From the NCBI GenBank assembly GCA_965113315.1, contig OZ220375.1: a DNA stretch of 64,000 nucleotides. The stretch is one strand, 5' to 3'. This DNA comes from Podarcis vaucheri. Lineage: Eukaryota. Below, piece after piece: positions 59,501 through 64,000 of the stretch (positions are counted from its first letter, which is position 1; each line of letters begins with the position of its first letter). The notes beneath the pieces were generated by a model. It was given only the letters and a program-made list of their open reading frames with translations. It did not search any database and was not told the origin of the DNA. The position numbers and the translations under genes are program-made.

Positions 59501-62500
59501 GTCTAATTAATGCATGAAGGCTTTAAGACCACAGAGCAAGCTGTCTTGCCAGGCTTGGCCAGGTCACTCCTCCTTACCTTGGGTGGAAGGATTATCATGT
59601 GAAGCCTACCTGTAAGGAGGTCTAAGTTGGATGCTTCAAGCTAAGGCTGTGTGGCTTAAGCAAGCTATCTTTGTGTTTCTATATAAATAATTCAGAAGCA
59701 TTCACCACTTTGGAACCTAAGTTTTACTGCCTGTGTTTTCTTGCTGGTGTATGGAAAAACACATGAATATGACTGTTGAAGGGATTGTAAGTAAACCACT
59801 TACATGTGGTCTCTTTCTATGCTAAGGGAAGAGGGAACAGAAGTGGTTTAAGGGTAGCATGACCGGTATGGTCACACTGGGCCCCGCATTGCAGGGAGTG
59901 CTAAAACAATGCTTTAGAATGGAGTGCAAGAGGCAGGGTGCGTGCAGAATTTTAGTGTTGCACATGGTGCTACTGAAATTTGAGAGCCCAAAGTCTGCCA
60001 CTGAGGGGAATTTTGGAAGCAATTTAGAAGGGATTATTTTTAAGATCTAATAGCCTATATTTCCACTCTTTACTTTGCTGCATATTTTGAGATTTTAAAT
60101 CTCTGCTGGGGTTCCTCTAACCAAAGAGTACTTGCCCTAAACCTGGATCTAGGCATCCATGGAATACTCCTTTTTATTTATTTATTTGATGTTCTGAGGG
60201 AGGCCCCTGGTGGATCATGGAGACGGAAGTTAATTGGGAGAGGGGAGAGGAGAGAGGAGAAGGAAGGCAGATCGCTCAGAGTGTCTATGCTATAATTTGC
60301 AGTCAGCTCCTGCTGGGCTAGAGCCTTCAAGCTGAATGCACAGTTCTGTTAATAATAATAATTTTTATTATTAAAGGCACTCCCATCCACCTGGACATTC
60401 AAACCCTCCTCCTGCCACCTGGATGGAGGGCAGGCAAACCTGAGGACTTTGGGTCAGACCTGGAGGTCAGGCAACCCTCATGCTTTCATATGGCTCTCAT
60501 GATCAGATGGAAGCTGGTTTGTGGGAGGAAAACACGTCAGAATGCAACGTTCCTCAAGACACTACAGGACAGGTGTGGATTGTGGTTAGTGTCGTGTGTA
60601 TATGTCTTCCCAAACCAGCGGTGGGAGAGCACTGGATGCAGAGTAAGCGGGAATGTGTACACGGCCTTAGTGTGCCATAAGTAAGCAATCCCAGATGGGT
60701 ATCAGAGAGCATGCTAACTCAGAGCAAAGCGCATTTCCACTCACCTGACTCTCACCAGGAGGACCCATGGGCCCAGGTGCACCCTGAGGCCCCATTTCAC
60801 CTTTCACACCCGGATTGCCAGGAGGGCCCTGTAGACCAAACTCACCCTTCTCACCCTGCAAGAATAAACCACAAACATTATCACAAGTCCTAAAACAGAA
60901 ACCCAAGGTTTGTAAGTACAGTGGTACCTCGGTTTCCGAGCATCTCAGAAGCCGAATGTTTAGTTTTTCGAACGCCGAAAACCCAGGAGTAATTGCTTCT
61001 GTTTTCGAACACACCTTGGAAGCTGAACGGCTTCTGCGGTGTGTTTTTCACTTTTCTCAATGGAAATTGCAGGCGGCCCTTTGCGCCTGGGTTGTGGAAT
61101 GTTTTGGAAGTCGAACGGTCTTCCGGAACAGATGACGTTTGACAACCGAGGTACCACTGCACCAACATTACTATTACTATTATTATTATTATTATTAGAG
61201 AAATGTAGGCTTGGTGTTCCTCAGTGGCGTAGCGTGGGTTGTCAGCACCCGGGGCAAGGCAAGTAATTTGCGCCCCCTAACCCGTGGGTTTGCACCCCCT
61301 AACCTGTGGATTTGCGCCCCCTAACCCTAACCCCCAGATGTTGTGCCCGGTGCGGCCGGCCCCCCCTGCACCCCCCACGCTACGCCACTGGTGTTCCTTG
61401 CCTCTGATTCACACCCACCCACCCACTCTGCTTCAAGGCAAGCAGAGACCCACCCAAATTGCTTTGGAAATTCAGGCATTTATCTACCAGCTAGCAAAAC
61501 ACCTGTCATTGTTACAGGGCGTAGGTAGGAGGAGGCCTGCAAGTTTGTGACCCTGTTCCTGCCCGTCTTATTTAGCTCTCCTCTCCCTTCCATCCTGCCT
61601 TCCTGCTATTAGGCCGCCCACCTCTGACAGTTCACCCATGGCCCCACTTTCAGCACTGCTTACCTTTGGCCCGTCCTTCCCTGGAAGCCCTTCTCGTCCT
61701 GGAGGCCCTTTCTGCCCAGGGGTGCCTGGTGGTCCTGGTGGCCCCATGTGGCCTGGAAGTCCTGGATGCCCTTCAGGGCCCATGGCTCCGGGAATTCCCT
61801 CTGCCCCCACTGGCCCTGGAATGCCTGAAGGCCCTGTGGATCCTGGTGGGCCAGGCTGGCCTGGTGTGCCAGGGAGGCCTGGAGTACCTTGCTGACCTTC
61901 GTGCCCTGGAAGGCCAGGGGGCCCTTGGGGTCCTTCCTGACCAGGGTATCCTGGAGGTCCAGGAAGACCTGGGTAGCCCATTGGACCAGGGGGCCCTTCC
62001 ATGATGCTGACCCCCTAGGAAAAATGACAAAAGAAGCACGAGGTGTATTGTTGATCTTTTAAGAGGCAGAAAAAATATCGTTCAGCGTCTTTGGGAAGTT
62101 GCTAATGCATTTGTCAAGATGTCTGACTTAATAGGAAACCAAAGCTAAGATCTAGTTTTTCCTGAGAGTATATACCTGGGTCTGAGTTGGATCACTTCAG
62201 ATGGGAGGTGGGAGCAACGCGATAATATTTCCCTCCACAAAAAACCCCAAATGCAGAAAGCTAGCATGTAAGGGAAAAGAGTGGCGCAGTGTGCAGGGAA
62301 TTTCTTTGTATTCAACCATGCGAGCTCCTACCCACAATCCGTAGTCCTGATAAAAGCTTATCGCTTCAGTAAGAACTAGGTTTAAAAGATAAACAAGACA
62401 TGACAGGGCTGCAATTCCATGTCTACCTTGTGCTGATATAATGCATGTTTGAGTGTCTTAGGGCCAAAGCAGAAGAGAAGCTGTTCCCAAAAAATAGCAG

Positions 62501-63345
62501 CTGCATGAATGGCTTTTAAAAAATAAATAAATGGCAGGCATTGGGAACCTGGCAGGGAGGACTTTAATACTTCCCCCTGCTGCAGTCCCAATCTGGATTG
62601 GACATCTCTCCTATGCCTGGAAGAAAAGCTTCAGTTAACACAAATGGAAACTTTTCTTTCCATGCAAATAACCGGTGCTGCCTCCGCCAATCCAGATTGG
62701 GACTGTAGCATGGGCCAAAGGGTTAGAAATTTCCCTGAAAGCCTGAAAACATTTGCTCATAAAGTTGATGATACTTCAAAGCACTGGAATTTTTTTTTAA
62801 CGCACATAGCCCGGAACCCGCCCCCCCGCCTCTGTGCTTCCAAAGTGTTGCTATCTTCCGCTGTGGATCAATCACATATTGGCACATTCCGGTTGCCCAA
62901 TTAAAGTTGATTTGGTGCTGTTGCACAACACACACACACTCCCTCCACAAAGCAGTCTTTTCTTTTTGTGATAACCAAAGTGATGGGAAAACACACAGGA
63001 AGGTGTGTGTTGATAGCTTCTTGATGTGACGTCATAACCCCCACCCCCCAAATAAATCAAAATGAGTGCTCAGAGCTGTCTAACCTCTCCACAAACTTTG
63101 TGGAAGCCAATCGGGATGAATGCTCAACAAACAACTCATCAGGAAGTGACCTCAGTTCTCTCCCCCAGGCCCAGTCTCACCTTTTCATTTCCACCATTGG
63201 CACCACCACATTCTGGAGCTCCTGGAAGGGACTGGCCTGGGGGTCCCGGGGGTCCTGCAGGTCCAGGTTGGCCTGGGTTGCCTGCTAGCCCTCTTTCCCC
63301 AGGAAGTCCTCTTTCTCCTGGAGGACCCTGGTCACCTTTGTCTCC
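47142..63345 (-). CDS. Multiplexin (collagen XV/XVIII-like) gene, 3' part: interrupted Gly-X-Y, trimerization domain, hinge and endostatin domain; 5' end outside window
   Basis: 17 exons join in frame (1788 nt, about 595 aa). Endostatin motifs [57 protein letters not shown]. Trimerization motif IPEGSLVYV...[14 protein letters not shown]15-like [11 protein letters not shown] motif. Confidence 0.92.
48138..48253 (-). CDS. Endostatin-domain exon 2
   Basis: [38 protein letters not shown](W), 116 nt. Confidence 0.92.
48538..48732 (-). CDS. Endostatin-domain exon 1 (GC donor)
   Basis: [65 protein letters not shown]. Confidence 0.92.
48920..49554 (-). mobile_element. Sauria-type SINE interrupted by a MITE (49162-49403)
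   Basis: Head and tail both present; the MITE sits in a TA within the GTACCTAT.TATCTA/CTTGCAC core. Confidence 0.8.
49162..49403. mobile_element. Tigger-like MITE nested in a SINE
   Basis: TA-CAGTGGTCCCTTG...CAAGGTCCCACTG-TA. Confidence 0.75.
49674..49742 (-). CDS. Multiplexin hinge exon
   Basis: [23 protein letters not shown]; GTAAGT donor. Confidence 0.8.
50296..50358 (-). CDS. Multiplexin hinge exon
   Basis: [21 protein letters not shown]; phase 0-0. Confidence 0.75.
50781..50915 (-). CDS. Multiplexin trimerization-domain exon
   Basis: [45 protein letters not shown]. Confidence 0.9.
52330..52383. repeat. (TAA)n microsatellite (LINE tail)
   Basis: Pure TAA run. Confidence 0.95.
52577..52629 (-). 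CDS. Multiplexin exon, 53 nt
   Basis: [18 protein letters not shown]; phase 1 to 0; GTATGT donor. Confidence 0.68.
53244..53271 (-). CDS. Multiplexin microexon, 28 nt
   Basis: LSQDPSLDS; phase 0 to 1, needed to frame the next exon. Confidence 0.65.
53687..53737. repeat. Compound (CAC)n(TAC)n microsatellite
   Basis: Direct reading. Confidence 0.9.
53940..53981 (-). CDS. Multiplexin exon with COL15-like motif
   Basis: [14 protein letters not shown] (compare COL15A1 IFPIPVRPHCKMP). Confidence 0.85.
54229..54309 (-). CDS. Multiplexin exon (last Gly-X-Y segment found)
   Basis: [27 protein letters not shown]. Confidence 0.9.
55297..55341 (-). CDS. Multiplexin exon, 45 nt
   Basis: [15 protein letters not shown]; strong pyrimidine tract and GTAAGC donor. 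Confidence 0.72.
55885..56205. mobile_element. hAT-type MITE with an internal duplication of about 70 bp
   Basis: Same family; TGTTTTTACATGAGT...TTTGTGGGG occurs twice; TSD GCCCATGA/GCTCATGA. Confidence 0.8.
56429..56497 (-). CDS. Multiplexin exon, Cys-rich interruption
   Basis: [23 protein letters not shown]; phase 0-0; CAG and GTACAC sites. Confidence 0.65.
56537..56590. repeat. (GAA)n microsatellite in a short multiplexin intron
   Basis: Pure GAA run between exons 56646-56672 and 56429-56497. Confidence 0.95.
56646..56672 (-). CDS. Multiplexin microexon, 27 nt
   Basis: GEKGEPGER; CAG and GTATGT sites. Confidence 0.82.
57331..57458 (+). mobile_element. CR1 LINE 3' end fragment
   Basis: Same CR1 tail as 2378-2531. 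Confidence 0.7.
58346..58491 (+). mobile_element. Sauria-type SINE 5' portion
   Basis: GGTGGCGCTGTGGTCTAAACCACTGAGC head. Confidence 0.7.
58655..58696 (-). CDS. Multiplexin exon, 42 nt
   Basis: [14 protein letters not shown]; TAG and GTGAGT sites. Confidence 0.82.
58852..59110. mobile_element. Tc1/mariner-superfamily MITE
   Basis: TA-CCGTATTTTTTGCTCTATAAGAC...GTCTTATAGAGCGAAAAATACGG-TA. Confidence 0.8.
60745..60855 (-). CDS. Multiplexin exon (Gly-X-Y)
   Basis: [37 protein letters not shown]; GTGAGT donor. Confidence 0.88.
60919..61159. mobile_element. Tigger-like MITE
   Basis: CAGTGGTACCTCGGTT...AACCGAGGTACCACTG TIRs. Confidence 0.8.
61222..61390. mobile_element. hAT-type MITE with internal CCCTAA-containing repeats
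   Basis: 17-bp TIR CAGTGGCGTAGCGTGGG; perfect 8-bp TSD GTGTTCCT. Confidence 0.85.
61664..62014 (-). CDS. Multiplexin exon, 351 nt, 37 Gly-X-Y triplets
   Basis: [16 protein letters not shown]...[12 protein letters not shown]; TAG and GTAAGC sites. Confidence 0.92.
63181..63345 (-). CDS. Multiplexin exon (Gly-X-Y plus interruption)
   Basis: [55 protein letters not shown]. Confidence 0.9.
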
Positions 63346-63649
63346 CTGCCATAGGAAAGAACATGGGATGAGAGGCGTGCGCTGTGGATTCAGGCAACAG
63401 TCAATATCTACAGCAAAGGTCTGTGCTCAATCTCCTGCTGTGCAAAGCGCTTCCCTTCTCTCTTAGAAACCTCTGGAGTCTTGGACTTCCTTAGACAGGC
63501 AGAGTGGAGCCAATGCCAGCAGGCAACTCATGGTCTACTTTTGGCACACTTATTTTGAATGGCTTCTGGGAGAAGCTTATGCACACATATTTTGGGGAAA
63601 CTTAAATGTATGGCTGGAGATGGGGCCATGATTGCTCCTTTAGGGACAA

Positions 63650-64000
63650 GTAATAATAATAATAATGGTTTCCTCATCTACTCTGGGAGGCTTCCAACAG
63701 AATATTAAAATACAAAAACTTATTAAACATTAAAAGCTTCCCTGAACAGGGCTGCCTTCAGATGTCTTCTAAAATTCTGGCAGTTTCCCCCCCTCTTTGA
63801 CATCTGGTGGGAGGGCGTTCCACAGGGCGGGTGCCACTACCGAGAAGGCCCTCTGCCTGGTTCCCTGTAACTTGGCTTCTCGCAGTGAGGGAACCGCCAG
63901 AAGGCCCTTGGCACTGGACCTCAGTGTCCAGGCAGAATGATGGGGGTGGAGACACTCCTTCAGGTATACTGGACCGAGGCCGTTTAGGGCTTTAAAGTCA
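63650..64000 (-). mobile_element. LINE (L2-like) 3' fragment with (TAA)n tail, runs off the window
   Basis: GGAGGGCGTTCCACAGGGCGGGTGCCAC core; TAA repeat tail. Confidence 0.6.

Noticed and set aside
47142-63345. Naming the collagen COL18A1 or COL15A1
   Set aside because: The synteny fits neither gene, the sequence features are mixed and the divergence is strong. No symbol is assigned without a phylogeny.

Overview
Vertebrate genomic DNA, most likely from a lacertid lizard; this is inferred from abundant Sauria-type SINEs, CR1/L2 tails and squamate MITEs. Three protein-coding genes lie on the minus strand. (1) GJD3 connexin, with a single coding exon at 7011-7928 (305 aa). (2) A complete 35-exon TOP2A, CDS 18186-41750 (about 1553 aa), with a CpG-island promoter carrying five inverted CCAAT boxes and CHR-like elements. 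(3) The 3' part of a multiplexin (collagen XV/XVIII family) gene immediately upstream of TOP2A: 17 exons, about 595 aa, 47142-63345, with the 5' end outside the window. It has interrupted Gly-X-Y repeats, a trimerization domain and an intact endostatin domain. GJD3-TOP2A matches the human RARA-GJD3-TOP2A-IGFBP4 block, where no collagen gene is present. The collagen mixes COL15-like and COL18-like features, so it is the best candidate here for a poorly described gene: a third vertebrate multiplexin paralog apparently absent from mammals. Other notable points are a required GC-AG intron in that gene, a TOP2A intron-19 layout resembling the human TOP2a/90 intronic-polyadenylation isoform, a recursive-splice-like TOP2A exon 11, and an internally deleted mariner in the probable collagen 3'UTR. 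All exon coordinates were read by hand from splice signals and reading-frame continuity; no database searches were run.
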